The translations under genes and the position numbers were made by a program. Under the pieces are notes generated by a model. It saw only the letters and a list, made by a program, of their open reading frames with translations. It did not search any database and was not told where the DNA came from. DNA of 64,000 bases from Candidatus Bathyarchaeota archaeon. Lineage in GTDB: Archaea; Thermoproteota; Bathyarchaeia; Bathyarchaeales; Bathycorpusculaceae. The stretch's first letter is position 1; every line of letters begins with the position of its first letter. The DNA is taken from the NCBI GenBank assembly GCA_963767735.1, contig CAVYES010000003.1:1-64000 (forward strand), written 5' to 3'. This document shows, piece by piece, positions 37,339 through 48,926 of this stretch.

Positions 37339-39138
37339 TTAGAGAATTTTCTCCAAATCAACGATGAAACGCTTATACACTTTTAAGCCCCCATTCCAGA
37401 AGCTTGGGTCTGCCACGTTTAAGCCGACAATTTTGCCGGTTTCCAGAGGTGAAACGCTGCTGCCCGCCGACAACGCCTTCTCCAGCTTTGGCACAAACGC
37501 CTTGCCCTCCTCCAAATAGCGCTCGTAGAGTGAGTAGACGAACATTTGGGCGTAGACGTAGGGGTAGTTGTAGAAGCGGTAGTTTGCCATGTAATAGTGC
37601 GGTTTCATGGTCCATTCAGCTTCCATCTCCGTGAACCAGGTGACTGCGTCGCCGAAGATGCGGTCTCGGGCTGTCGTCCAATGCCTGCAAATAGTGGAGT
37701 AATCGAGGTATTCGCCTTCCTGAATGGAGGCGTAGAGTGCCTGCTCGAACCATACGCGTGCGGTAACTTGGAACGTTGTCATCCCCGATTCGTCGAGGAC
37801 CTGGCACAGAATTTCTTTTTGTTCTTTGTCTTTTTTTGCCTCGCTAAGAAGCAAGTCCGTTAAGAGTAGTTCGCCGAAAATAGATGCGGTCTCCGCTACA
37901 GTGGACGGCACGGCTGTATTCATTAGGGTTTGGCTTCGAGACATGTAGTAGTCATGGGTTGCATGCCCCAACTCATGTGCTAGTGTGTAAATGTCGCCGA
38001 GTGTGCCGTTGAAGTTGTCTAGAACAAAAGCGGATTTCCCCCGATACCAGCTTGCACAGAAGGCTCCGTTGCGTTTCCCAAATCGGGGCGTTGCGTCTAT
38101 GCGGCGTTTCTCAAACATTTCTTTGATTTCGGAGGCGTATTCTTCGTCGAAGCGGCTATATGCCCGTATGACTAGGTTTTGGGCTTCCTTAAACGTAAAT
38201 TTGAGTTCAGGCGCATCGGGCAGGGGTGCAACGATGTCTTGGTTTCCCAGAATCGGCAGATTCATGAGTTTAGCTTTAAGTTTGAGGTAACGACGGTACG
38301 TCCCAGCGTTTTCCTCTATTGCATGCAGCAGATTCTCAACTATTGTCTGGTCAGTGTCATTATTCATGAGGCTTGACTCCATGGGCGTCGCGTATTTTCT
38401 GCGTTGGGAAACGGTGACCCAGTCGTTGCAGATACTGCGCAGCGCGGAAGCGAAGATTTCGCCGTCTCTCCCCAATAAACCATAAATCGCTCGGTTCGCC
38501 GACTCACGCGTTGCCCTGTCAGGATGAGACAATAACCCGTTGGCTTCGCCGTAACTAAGAGTCTTTTTCTCGCCGAGGACTGTGATGCCGAAGGTGCGGG
38601 TGTTGAGCCATTTGCTCTGCAGTTCCTCCCAAGCTTGCACGCCGAACTGGTCCTTCTCGATGATAAGTTGCTCCTCCACCTCGCTTAGCTGATGAGCGAC
38701 ACGTCGCTGTACACGCTCCAACATATGCCGGTACCCAGCCAGAACTGGCTCGGCAATTAACTCGGGCTTAGCTTTCACAAGCGCGCCAAGTTCGAGCGAA
38801 AAGAAAGCCAACTGCTTACCCAACTGCGCCTCAAACTTACTCACCTTATCGTAGAGCGCCTGTACTTCAGCCAAAGTCATGTTAGCCGAAAAAGACAAAC
38901 CTGCAAAAAGCGACACATCACCCAATTCAACGTCAAAAGCCTCCAACTCTCGGAGACACTGAAGCAGCCTGGTAGAGTCAAGTTCAGCAATTTTTCCCCG
39001 GTATTTCCTCTCAAAGTTGTCCGCAAAAACTTTTGCTTCATTAATTGCTTTTTCGACAGAGGGGTCTTTGATGCTTGGGAAAAGCTCCGTTAAGTCCCAA
39101 GAAACTTCCTGATTAGTGCTGCTGATCATTAGATTCAC
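37339..39138 (-). CDS. pepF: M3 family oligoendopeptidase F
   Basis: WDLTELF, GKRNGAFC, TLAHELGH, AETAS, FYNYPY. Confidence 0.93.
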   Translation of the reverse strand: MNLMISSTNQEVSWDLTELFPSIKDPSVEKAINEAKVFADNFERKYRGKIAELDSTRLLQCLRELEAFDVELGDVSLFAGLSFSANMTLAEVQALYDKVSKFEAQLGKQLAFFSLELGALVKAKPELIAEPVLAGYRHMLERVQRRVAHQLSEVEEQLIIEKDQFGVQAWEELQSKWLNTRTFGITVLGEKKTLSYGEANGLLSHPDRATRESANRAIYGLLGRDGEIFASALRSICNDWVTVSQRRKYATPMESSLMNNDTDQTIVENLLHAIEENAGTYRRYLKLKAKLMNLPILGNQDIVAPLPDAPELKFTFKEAQNLVIRAYSRFDEEYASEIKEMFEKRRIDATPRFGKRNGAFCASWYRGKSAFVLDNFNGTLGDIYTLAHELGHATHDYYMSRSQTLMNTAVPSTVAETASIFGELLLTDLLLSEAKKDKEQKEILCQVLDESGMTTFQVTARVWFEQALYASIQEGEYLDYSTICRHWTTARDRIFGDAVTWFTEMEAEWTMKPHYYMANYRFYNYPYVYAQMFVYSLYERYLEEGKAFVPKLEKALSAGSSVSPLETGKIVGLNVADPSFWNGGLKVYKRFIVDLEKIL

Positions 39139-39263
39139 TTTATATTAAGATTAAATTCGGCGGGCTATTTTGGGTTTGCCCATCACCTGATTACAACCTA
39201 TTAATCAGTTTCCGTTACCGCAAAAGTAATAGCGTTGCGTAGACGATACAATAGGGAACATGC

Positions 39264-40154
39264 ATGCATACAGAGCACAAAATAATCCTTGGCAACAGCC
39301 AACAAATGTCTGAACTCCAAGATTGCAGCGTCCATTTAATGGTTACTTCGCCGCCTTACCCCATGATACAAATGTGGGATGACCTCTTTGCTAAAGCTGA
39401 TCCAAAAATTGCAGAACTTTGGCGCAAACTGGAAGAGGACGGTCGAGGAGAAACTGTCGGGCAAATCTACGATGCAATGCATAATTATCTCGCCAAAGTT
39501 TGGCTGGAAACTTGGCGGGTTCTGGTTAATGGCGGCATAGCGTGCATAAATATCGGTGACGCAACCCGCACGGTAAACGGCAAATTCCAGCTCTACCCCA
39601 ACCACGCCCGAATAACGGAGATTTGCGAAAAAATCGGCTTCACCACACTACCCTATATTCTATGGAAAAAACCCACAACCAAACCAAAATACAAAGGAAA
39701 AGGCGCCTTTTTAGGCTCAGGTTTCCTGCCGCCAAACGCCTACGTGACACTCGACTGCGAATTCATCCTCCTATTCAGAAAAGGAAGCCTCCGCAAATTC
39801 CCACCCCACGACCAAACGCGATACGACAGCGCTTTTACCAAGCCCCAGCGTGACGAATGGTTCAGCCAAATCTGGACGCTGAAAGGAACACGCCAAACCG
39901 CAAGCCAACTGGAGAGACGAACTGCAGCCTACCCAGATGAAATCGCCGAACGCCTCATCAAAATGTTCAGCATAAAAGGCGACACAGTGCTGGACCCGTT
40001 TTTGGGCTCAGGAACCACAGCAAAAATTGCCCTGCAAAATGAACGCGACAGCATCGGGTATGAAACAGACCAAAATTTGCTTCAGATCATAAATAAAAAA
40101 GTAGCCAATAACTCAGCCAATCTGTCAGCTGATGTGAAGATAATCAAACGTTAA
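39264..40154 (+). CDS. Beta-class amino DNA methyltransferase (probably m4C), orphan
   Basis: VTSPPY (motif IV) precedes VLDPFLGSGTT (motif I); no adjacent endonuclease. Confidence 0.9.
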   Translation: MHTEHKIILGNSQQMSELQDCSVHLMVTSPPYPMIQMWDDLFAKADPKIAELWRKLEEDGRGETVGQIYDAMHNYLAKVWLETWRVLVNGGIACINIGDATRTVNGKFQLYPNHARITEICEKIGFTTLPYILWKKPTTKPKYKGKGAFLGSGFLPPNAYVTLDCEFILLFRKGSLRKFPPHDQTRYDSAFTKPQRDEWFSQIWTLKGTRQTASQLERRTAAYPDEIAERLIKMFSIKGDTVLDPFLGSGTTAKIALQNERDSIGYETDQNLLQIINKKVANNSANLSADVKIIKR

Positions 40155-40367
40155 AAGCCAAGGTTCCGATGTTTCAGAAGTCCGTTCGATTTCTTTGGAA
40201 TTCCCCGCCGCACGACATATACCGCTTAAGTGGTTTTCGACGAGGAATCTGTAGGCTGGGCGTTTCCTATTTTTCTTGTTTGTGCAACCACTTTTTGTTT
40301 TGTGAAGGGTAATTTATAATATAAAGGTAAGATAGATTATCCTTTAGGATCCAATGGTGATGTCTGC

Positions 40368-40595
40368 ATGGAAGATCTTATGGATAGAATTGTTGTAGAC
40401 CCTCAGATTCTTGTGGGAAAACCAGTCATAAAGGGCGCACGTATTCCAGTTTATCTTATAATCGAGTTTTTAGCAAATGGGTTAACCGAAGAAGAAGCCC
40501 TCGATGAGTACCCAGAGCTTAAAAAAGCAGATGTCAAAGCTGCTCTTCTTTATGGCCCAAAATGTCTTGACCGCCAAGTTACGGTTACCATGTAA
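40368..40595 (+). CDS. DUF433 domain protein
   Basis: RIVVDPQILVGKPVIKGARIPV..EYPELKKADVKAALLY. Confidence 0.9.
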   Translation: MEDLMDRIVVDPQILVGKPVIKGARIPVYLIIEFLANGLTEEEALDEYPELKKADVKAALLYGPKCLDRQVTVTM

Positions 40596-40680
40596 ACTGG
40601 TCAAAACAACCAGAACAAAAATTAGAAAAAGAACTAAACACTTGAAAATCCGCACTCCTTAAAAAAATCTAACCAGCAAA

Positions 40681-40790
40681 CTTTAGTCACTTTCCTTTAC
40701 TTTTCCTTACGTTTCCTTACTTTCTGTTACTTTTCCTTACGCAACCTGCAAACGTTTCAAAGCCTAAACCAAAAAAGCAGCCCAAAACAA
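40681..40790 (-). repeat. Dispersed leader + 10-bp-period array, copy B
   Basis: Minus strand: TTGTTTTGGGCTGCTTTTTTGG..TTGAAACGTTTGCAGGTTGC, then 6 GTAAGGAAAA-like units. Confidence 0.85.
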
Positions 40791-40838
40791 AAAGATCAGT
40801 GGCGACGCAACTGTTGTGGATGAAATACTTTTTTTACC

Positions 40839-40998
40839 TCGCTTGTCCTTCCTTGTCCTTCCTTGTCCTTCCTTGTCCTTCCTTGTCCTTCCTTGTCCTT
40901 CCTTGTCCTTCCTTGTCCTTCCTTATCCTTCTGTGTCCTTTTGTGTACGCAACCTGCAAACAATTCAAACCCTAAACCAAAAAAACAACCCAAAACAC
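40839..40998 (-). repeat. Dispersed leader + 10-bp-period array, copy C
   Basis: Minus strand: TGTTTTGGGTTGTTTTTTTGG..TTGAATTGTTTGCAGGTTGC, then about 11 GGACAAGGAA units (7 perfect, 40851..40920). Confidence 0.9.
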
Positions 40999-41391
40999 AA
41001 AGCGCCATGCCACAAAGTCGCAACTTACGCCACGACAAAAGTCGCAACTTAAAAATCTGCACAGAAAACCCGCTTTCTAATATTTACGTTCTGCCAGAAA
41101 CCATTTTTCGCCTTACGCTTCGGTTTTGCTCTTCTTTCCCGTTTTTCTTTATGCAGCGGCAAGTCAGCAAACATTTTTTAGTGTAGTTACATTATGAAAG
41201 TTTAGCGCTCCTTTAGTTTAACCGCAATATGCAAGGTAAGGTTTATTAGATAGCTCTGTAGCATGTGTTTGTGCTCTTAGAAAAGTCCGTGGAATCCTTT
41301 TTCAAATTGGTGAACCCCATATCGAAGGAGTTGGAAGTTTGAAAACACTAACAAAATCACAAAATAATAAAATTATTGGAGAATCGAGAAT

Positions 41392-44300
41392 TTGACTACC
41401 CTTATCCAAAAAGAAGATATCCGCGAGTTACTAAAAACCTTCTTCAACCAAAAAGGCTTAGTCCGCCAACATCTAGACAGCTACAACGAATTCATCGACC
41501 ATGGTTTACAGGAAGTCGTAGATGAAGTCGCCGAAATCCCTATTGAAGTTCCAGAAAGCCCCTACAAAGTCAAACTTGGACAAATATGGGTAATCGACCC
41601 TCAATCAAGAATAACGAGCCCTTACGTAACCGAAGTCGACGGCACAAAACATGAAATTTACCCAATGGAAGCGCGACTGCGCAACTTAGCGTACTCGGCT
41701 CCTATTGCTTTGGAAATGACTCCTGTCATCGATGGAAGAGAACAGGACACTGAACTTGTTTACATCGGCAACATTCCTGTCATGCTTAAATCAAAACTCT
41801 GCTTCTTATCCCAGCTATCTGAAGAAGAACTCATAGCCGCCGGAGAAGACCCAGATGACCAGGGCGGATACTTTGTCGTTAACGGTTCCGAACGCGTCAT
41901 CGTCGCCATGGAAGACTTGGCACCTAACCGCGTAATCGTCGACATCGACGAGAAAGGAACCTCACCAGTTTATCAAGCAAAAATTTTCTCAACCACCGTC
42001 GGCTTCAGAGCAAGAATTGAACTTAAACTCAAATCAGACGACGCCATCTACGTGACCATGCCCGGAGTACCCACAGAAATCCCCTTCGTCGTCATAATGC
42101 GCGCATTGAGCTTGGAAAAAGACAAAGACATTGCAGAGGCAGTCTCGCTTGACAGCGAAATGCAAACCCAACTTGCTTCATCATTCGAAAAAGCCATCGG
42201 CGTAGACACACCTGCAGACGCAATCCTGTTCATCGGTAACCGCGTAGCTCACGGACAAGTTGAAGAGTACCGTTTACAAAAAGCTGAAACCGCCCTTGAC
42301 AAAAACTTCTTGCCGCACCTTGGCAGAAGCGAAAAGAACCGACAGGAAAAAGCAATTTTCCTAGGCGAAATGGCCTACAGAGTTTTACAGTTAAAAACGG
42401 GCAGAAGGCAACCTGACGATAAAGACCACTTCAAAAACAAACGTCTACGCCTCGGTGGCCCGCTTCTAGCAGACCTCTTCCGCGTATCATTCAGAAACTT
42501 AACCAGAGACATAAAGTACCAGCTTGAACGCATAGGCGTTAAAGGACCAATCATAACCGTTTCAGCCGCAGTCCGCCCCGGAATAATAACTGAACGTTTC
42601 CAGCATGCGTTGGCAACAGGCAACTGGGGAAGAGGCAGAGTCGGCATCACCCAGCTACTTGACCGAACAAACTACATCTCAACGTTGAGTCACCTGCGTA
42701 GACTTCAATCGCCGCTGAGCAGAAGCCAACCAAACTTCGAAGCCAGAGACCTACACCCAACCCACTGGGGAAGATTATGTCCAAACGAAACCCCTGAAGG
42801 CTCTAACTGTGGCTTAGTCAAAAACTTGGCACTATCAGCCTCCATAGCCGTCGGAGTAAACCCCGATAGAGTAAAGCAGTTACTTTTTGAAATGGGATCC
42901 GTTCCAGCAGGGGAAGCCAGCCGAGAACTGCGCATTTCAGGAGCTAAAGTTTTCGTTGACGGAAACATAATTGGCTACTGCAATAACCCGCAGGAAATGG
43001 TCAAGTCTTTCCGAGAAAAAAGAAGAGCTGGAGAAATCTCAACCGAAGTAAACGTAACATACTTCTCAAGACAGCAAACTGAAACCGAAGAAGTTCATGC
43101 CAACTGTGATGAAGGCAGAGTCAGACGCCCACTCATAATTGTTGAGAATGGCGTTTCAAAACTTCAGCCTAAACATTTTGAAAAAATCGGTTTAGGCGAG
43201 TGGACTTGGGAAGACGTAGTTAAGAATGGTTTAATTGAATATTTGGACGCTGAAGAAGAAGAAAACGCTTACATCGCATTAACCTTCGATGCAATTCAAC
43301 CAACAAACACTCATGTGGAAATTGCCACTTATACGATTCTTGGAATCTGCGCCTCAACGATTCCGTATCCTGAACATAATCAGTCGCCTCGTAATTCGTA
43401 TCAAGCAGCTATGGCTAAACAGGCGCTGGGCGTTTACGGTACAAATTTCCATCACCGAGTTGACTCACGTTCACACATACTGCACTATCCCCAAGTACCC
43501 ATGGTTGAAACCGAACTGATGGAAGTTATGGGTTACAAGCAGCGACCCACTGGACAAAACTGCATCGTGGCCGTGCTCAGCTTCGAAGGCTACAACATGG
43601 AAGACGCTATAATATTCAACAAAGCATCTATAGAACGCGGCTTAGCCAGATCCACATTCTACCGAATTTACGAAGCAGAATGCCGCCAATACTTAGGCGG
43701 ATTAAAAGACAAGTTCACAGTTCCAGAACCTGGAACCCGCGGTTACCGAGGCGAACAATATTATCGGTTGTTGGAACCCGACGGAATAATAAGTTTAGAA
43801 TCACAGGTTGTCGGCGGAGACGTATTAATTGGCAGAATCAGCCCCCCGAGATTCCTCGAAGAATACAAAGAATTTGAAGTTAAAGGTCCATCAATGCGAG
43901 ATACCTCAGTCGACATGCGTCCCTCCGAAACAGGAATTGTAGACGGCATATTCATCACGATGTCAGGCGAAGGCAGCCAACTTGTAAAAGTACGAGTTCG
44001 CGATCAACGCGTTCCCGAACTTGGCGACAAATTTGCTTCACGACACGGACAAAAAGGGGTCATAGGATTAATTGTGCCGCAAGAGGACCTGCCCTTTACA
44101 GATGACGGCATGGTACCTGACCTAATAATCAACCCACATGCCATCCCTTCAAGAATGACCATCGGCCAGTTCATCGAATCCATCGCTGGAAAAACTGCTT
44201 CGGCAAGAGGAAAACCCGCAAACGGTACACCGTTCTCAAACGAAGGTCCCACTGAGATAAGAAAGAACCTTGTAAAACTTGGTTATAGCCATACGGGAAG

Positions 44301-44760
44301 CGAAGTCTTCTACAATGGCACCACAGGCGAAAAGTTCGTTGCTGACATCTTCGTCGGCGTAGTCTACTATCAAAAACTTCACCACATGGTTGCTGACAAA
44401 ATACACGCCAGAGCCCGCGGTCAAGTCCAGATGTTAACCAGACAACCCACCGAAGGCAGAGCCCGAGGCGGTGGTCTGCGATTCGGAGAAATGGAGCGAG
44501 ACTGCCTCATCGGTCATGGCGCTGCAATGCTGCTCAGAGACAGATTGCTGGAAGAGTCAGACAAGTATACACTCTACATCTGCGAGAACTGCGGTCAAAT
44601 CGCCTACTTTGACATGAAGCAAAGGCGTTATGTATGCAGGATATGCGACGAAAAAGCAAAGATTTCACCCGTAATCGTCTCGTACGCTTTTAAGCTTCTA
44701 CTGCAGGAGCTTCAAAGCCTATGCATTACCCCAAAATTAAGACTTAAGGAGAAGGCCTAA
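41392..44760 (+). CDS. rpoB: DNA-directed RNA polymerase subunit B (Rpo2, unsplit)
   Basis: GGYFVVNGSER, CPNETPEG, GDKFASRHGQKG, GGLRFGEMERD, C-terminal Zn ribbon. Confidence 0.98.
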   Translation: MTTLIQKEDIRELLKTFFNQKGLVRQHLDSYNEFIDHGLQEVVDEVAEIPIEVPESPYKVKLGQIWVIDPQSRITSPYVTEVDGTKHEIYPMEARLRNLAYSAPIALEMTPVIDGREQDTELVYIGNIPVMLKSKLCFLSQLSEEELIAAGEDPDDQGGYFVVNGSERVIVAMEDLAPNRVIVDIDEKGTSPVYQAKIFSTTVGFRARIELKLKSDDAIYVTMPGVPTEIPFVVIMRALSLEKDKDIAEAVSLDSEMQTQLASSFEKAIGVDTPADAILFIGNRVAHGQVEEYRLQKAETALDKNFLPHLGRSEKNRQEKAIFLGEMAYRVLQLKTGRRQPDDKDHFKNKRLRLGGPLLADLFRVSFRNLTRDIKYQLERIGVKGPIITVSAAVRPGIITERFQHALATGNWGRGRVGITQLLDRTNYISTLSHLRRLQSPLSRSQPNFEARDLHPTHWGRLCPNETPEGSNCGLVKNLALSASIAVGVNPDRVKQLLFEMGSVPAGEASRELRISGAKVFVDGNIIGYCNNPQEMVKSFREKRRAGEISTEVNVTYFSRQQTETEEVHANCDEGRVRRPLIIVENGVSKLQPKHFEKIGLGEWTWEDVVKNGLIEYLDAEEEENAYIALTFDAIQPTNTHVEIATYTILGICASTIPYPEHNQSPRNSYQAAMAKQALGVYGTNFHHRVDSRSHILHYPQVPMVETELMEVMGYKQRPTGQNCIVAVLSFEGYNMEDAIIFNKASIERGLARSTFYRIYEAECRQYLGGLKDKFTVPEPGTRGYRGEQYYRLLEPDGIISLESQVVGGDVLIGRISPPRFLEEYKEFEVKGPSMRDTSVDMRPSETGIVDGIFITMSGEGSQLVKVRVRDQRVPELGDKFASRHGQKGVIGLIVPQEDLPFTDDGMVPDLIINPHAIPSRMTIGQFIESIAGKTASARGKPANGTPFSNEGPTEIRKNLVKLGYSHTGSEVFYNGTTGEKFVADIFVGVVYYQKLHHMVADKIHARARGQVQMLTRQPTEGRARGGGLRFGEMERDCLIGHGAAMLLRDRLLEESDKYTLYICENCGQIAYFDMKQRRYVCRICDEKAKISPVIVSYAFKLLLQELQSLCITPKLRLKEKA

Positions 44761-44762
44761 CA

Positions 44763-47700
44763 ATGTCACAGCAGGAAGAATTAATCCATAAAATAGTCGA
44801 TGAAATCTCATTCGGCTTGATTTCACCTAAAGACCTCCGTAAACAATCAGTGGTTGAAATCCAAACACCAGACACCTACGATGAAGACGGAGCACCCATC
44901 ACCGCCGGCTTAATGGATGGCAGACTAGGCACCCTTGAGCCCAGACAAAGATGCAAAACATGCGGCAACACAGCAATTCGCTGCCCGGGACACTTCGGGC
45001 ACATCGAACTAGCCGTACCAATCGTGCATATAGAATTCACAAAAATAATTTTCGACCTTCTGAAAGCCACCTGCCGCAGCTGCGGTCGCATACTCTTATC
45101 CGAAGATGGTGCTAAGAAGGCGCGCGCCCGAATCGAACGGTACAATGAGCTTTTAGGCACAATTCCAGATGAAGTTTACAAGGAAATAATGACTGAAATA
45201 AAAGCTAAACAATGCCCCTACTGTGCCTCAGCCCAGTACAAGATTACATTTGAGAAGCCAACAAAGTTTATTGAGCAGACTGAAGCAGGCTCCGAGCCAT
45301 TGACGCCCAGCATGATTCGTGAAAGGCTTGAACGCGTCTCAGACGAAGACCTTGAAATCTTAGGTTTCAATCCGAAAGTTGCACGCCCAGAATGGATGGT
45401 TCTGCAGGTTTTGCCTGTACCCCCAGTTTACGTTCGCCCATCAATCACTTTAGAATCAGGCATCCGCTCTGAAGACGATTTAACCCATAAACTCGTAGAC
45501 ATTATCCGTATTAATCAGCGTTTGAAGGAGAACATGGAAGCAGGTGCACCTACGCTTATCATTCAAGACCTCTCTGAGCTTTTGCAGTACCATGTTACCA
45601 CGTACTTTAACAATGAAGCCTCAGGCATTCCGCCAGCAAGGCACCGCAGTGGCCGCGCATTAAAGACTCTCTCGCAAAGGCTTAAGGGAAAGGAAGGTCG
45701 ATTCAGAAGCAACCTTTCAGGCAAACGAGTTGACTTTTCAGCCCGTACCGTCATCTCTCCTGACCCGAACCTTGACATTAACGAGGTTGGTGTTCCAGTA
45801 GATGTTGCCATGCGGTTATCTGTTCCAGAAAAAGTCACAGCATGGAACATTGAGGAACTGAAGAAACTTGTAATTAACGGTCCAGAAAACTATCCTGGCG
45901 CATTATACATTATTAGGCCAGATGGCAAGCGCATTAGGCTTGAATTCGTTGTTGACCGAACCAAAATCGCTGAAGCTGTAGAGTTAGGATTCGTAGTTGA
46001 ACGGCACCTCAAGAACGGTGACATTGCAATCTTTAATCGGCAGCCTTCACTTCACCGCATGTCAATTATGGCTCATTACGTGCGGGTTTTGCCATACAAG
46101 ACTTTCCGTCTCCACCTCTGCGTTTGCCCACCCTACAACGCTGACTTTGACGGCGACGAAATGAACCTTCACGTTCCACAAAGCGAAGAAGCAAGAACCG
46201 AAGCACTCCTGCTAATGCAGGTTCAAGACCAAATCCTCTCACCCAGATTCGGCGGACCCATCATCGGTGCAATAAGGGACTTTATCACAAGCGCCTACTA
46301 CTTCACTCGAAAAGGAAACTACCTGACCAGAAGCCAAGTTAACAGGCTGCTAACCACAACAGAATACGAAGGGGAACTGCCAGAACCAGAAATTAAGGAG
46401 CCGCAACCCATGTGGTCAGGCAAACAAATATTCAGCCTGTTCCTGCCAAAAACGTTGAATTACGTTTTGAAAGCCAACATTTGCCAAGGCTGCACAAAAT
46501 GCGAAGAAGAAGAGTGCAAACACGACGCTTATGTAGTGGTCAGAAATGGCCAGTTAGTCTCAGGCGTTATCGATAGGAAGTCGATCGGTGCTGAGCAATC
46601 TGAAAGTCTCCTTCACAGAATAATCAAAGATTATGGCACCCAAGCAGGACGAGAATTCCTCAACAAGATAACTCACCTGCTAAAACTATACATTTCAATG
46701 CGAGGATTCAGCTACACCTACGATCAACTTGTTCTCTCGCCGAAAGCCCGCAATCGCATGGCAAAGACCATGGAGCGCATCCAAAAGAAAATTGATGATC
46801 TCATCGAAAACTACCGTAATGGAACCCTACCGCGCTTGCCTGGACAAACTTTAGAGGAATCCTTCGAAATCTACGTTATGCATGAACTTGCCACAGCCAG
46901 AGACGAATCAGGCAAAATAGCAGACGAAGACTTTACATTGGAAAACGCGGGCATCGTCATGACCAGAACAGGCGCAAGAGGCTCAAGCTTAAACATTGGT
47001 CAAATGGCTGCTTGCGTTGGGCAACAATCAGTGCGAGGCAAACGTATCTTGCGAGGCTACGCTGGACGAGCGCTGCCACACTTTGTTGATGGTGATCCAA
47101 GTCCACGAGCAAGAGGCTTCGTTTATAACTCTTACCAGAGCAGGTTTGGACGCGATTGAATTCTTCTTCCATGCTATGGGTGGCAGGGAAGGTCTAGTTG
47201 ACACTGCCGTTCGCACTCAACAGAGCGGTTACATGCAGCGCAGGCTAATCAACGCTCTAGAGCATATTCGTTTGGAATACGACAGCACGGTACGTGATTC
47301 AGCCGGCGACATCATTCAGTTTAGGTATGGTGAAGACGGTGTTGACCCAGCTAAAAGTGACCATGGCAAAGCGGTAAACGTAAGCCGACTCATTGACCAA
47401 ATAAAAATCGGCGAAGAAAAAGGTGAAGCAGCATCAGCTGAGGAAATCAAGAAGCAGTTGAAACGCGTTGACGATCAGCTTACGCCGATTTTGATGACTC
47501 AGCTTAAACAAAACTTCGCGAAGAACAAGCTTACCAAGAAAAGTGTTGAAAAAGCCACAACCTCGACTGCTGAGCAATACAAGCGTGCTTTAATGGAGCC
47601 TGGTGAAGCAGTAGGAATCGTTGCTGCTCAATCAATAGGTGAACCAGGCACGCAGATGACTCTTAGAACCTTCCACTATGCTGGTGTCAAAGAACAAAAC

Positions 47701-48601
47701 GTTACCTTAGGCTTGCCAAGGCTCATCGAAATTGTTGATGCACGTAGGATTCCGTCTACGCCAATCATGACCATCTACTTAATAGGACGAAGCTGCGAAG
47801 AGCAAAGAGGGCGCTGTTGAAGTCGCAAGGAACATAATTTACACTTCAGTTGAAAACTTGGCTTCAGCAATCTACGAAGACCCTGTGCGTGAAGAAATCG
47901 TTATTGAATTAAGCAAGTCAATGATGGATGACAGAAATATAACAATGGATGAGCTGAAAGAACGGTTGGAATTGCAAAATGCAACAGTTACAATCACTGA
48001 TTATACAGTGCAGATTAAGCCGAAAAAAGCTGAACAGCTAAAGAGGATGTTAACCAAGATTCCAGGTTTTCAAGTTAAAGGTGTACCTGACATTAAACGT
48101 GTGCTGGTTACTGAAGAAAGCGGAGAATGGGTAATACGCACTGACGGCTCAAACTTGTCTAAAGTCTTAGAAGTTCATGGTGTGGACACTTCACGAACAA
48201 GCACCAACAACATTCACGAAATAGCTAAAACTCTCGGTGTGGAAGCTTCAAGAAACGCGTTAGTCAACGAGGCAAAAGGCGTCTTGGAAGACCAAGGCTT
48301 AGATGTTGATGTACGCCACGTTATGCTCGTAGCAGACATGATGACTACAACTGGCGATGTGCAGCAAATCGGCAGGCATGGCATTAGCGGCAAGAAAGCA
48401 AGTGTTTTAGCCCGCGCGGCATTCGAAATTACAGTGCCTAACATTGTTGAAGCGGCTGTGAAAGGTGAAAGTGACCCGTTGGCAGGTGTAACAGAAAACG
48501 TTATAGTCGGGCAGTCGATACCAATCGGCACAGGCTTAGTTGAATTGTACATGTCAACATTTGACAAACAAGCTAAACAAGGAGGAAAAACAGAAGCATG
48601 A
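44763..48601 (+). CDS. rpoA: RNA polymerase subunit A (Rpo1; A' and A'' fused), with two +1 frameshifts (~47139, ~47784)
   Basis: NADFDGD active site; track ORF 46996..47820 runs from the A' C-terminus (GREGLVDTA) into A'' ([17 protein letters not shown]) with no stop. Removing 2 nt gives a single 1278-aa frame. Confidence 0.93.
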
Positions 48602-48909
48602 TAGATATAGATAAAGCGTTAGCGACAGCAGTGAAAACTGGCAAAGTATCCTTTGGAGCCAACGTTGCATTGCAGAACGCTAAAACTGGCAAGGCTAAGA
48701 TGATTGTTTTAGCCTCTAACTGTCCAAAAGACATAAAAGAACAGATAGAATACTATGGAGAAATCTCTAAAGTCCCCGTAATGACGTACAAAGGTGGCTC
48801 AATGGATTTAGCGGAAGTCTGCAAAAAACTCTTTATTATATCAGCCTTAAGCATCCGAGAAACTGGGGATTCAGAAATTCTCAAAATAACTGAAGAAGTT
48901 AAAGAATAA
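48598..48909 (+). CDS. rpl30e: 50S ribosomal protein L30e
   Basis: AVKTGKVSFG, ASNCP, GDSEIL; canonical position after rpoA. Confidence 0.96.
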   Translation: MIDIDKALATAVKTGKVSFGANVALQNAKTGKAKMIVLASNCPKDIKEQIEYYGEISKVPVMTYKGGSMDLAEVCKKLFIISALSIRETGDSEILKITEEVKE

Positions 48910-48926
48910 AAAATGGAGGAAAAAAA

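Noticed and set aside
40681-40998. CRISPR array
   Set aside because: Units are 10-bp head-to-tail repeats with no unique spacers, and there are no cas genes in the window.
40796-41186. Track ORFs with KDKEGQGRTR or SFLVLPCPSL repeats
   Set aside because: By-products of a stop-free 10-bp tandem repeat read in several frames; homologous copies do not keep these frames.
46996-48601. Separate rpoA1/rpoA2 genes or programmed frameshifting
   Set aside because: Breaks are not at the natural A'/A'' boundary and lack slippery sites; indel errors are the simpler explanation.
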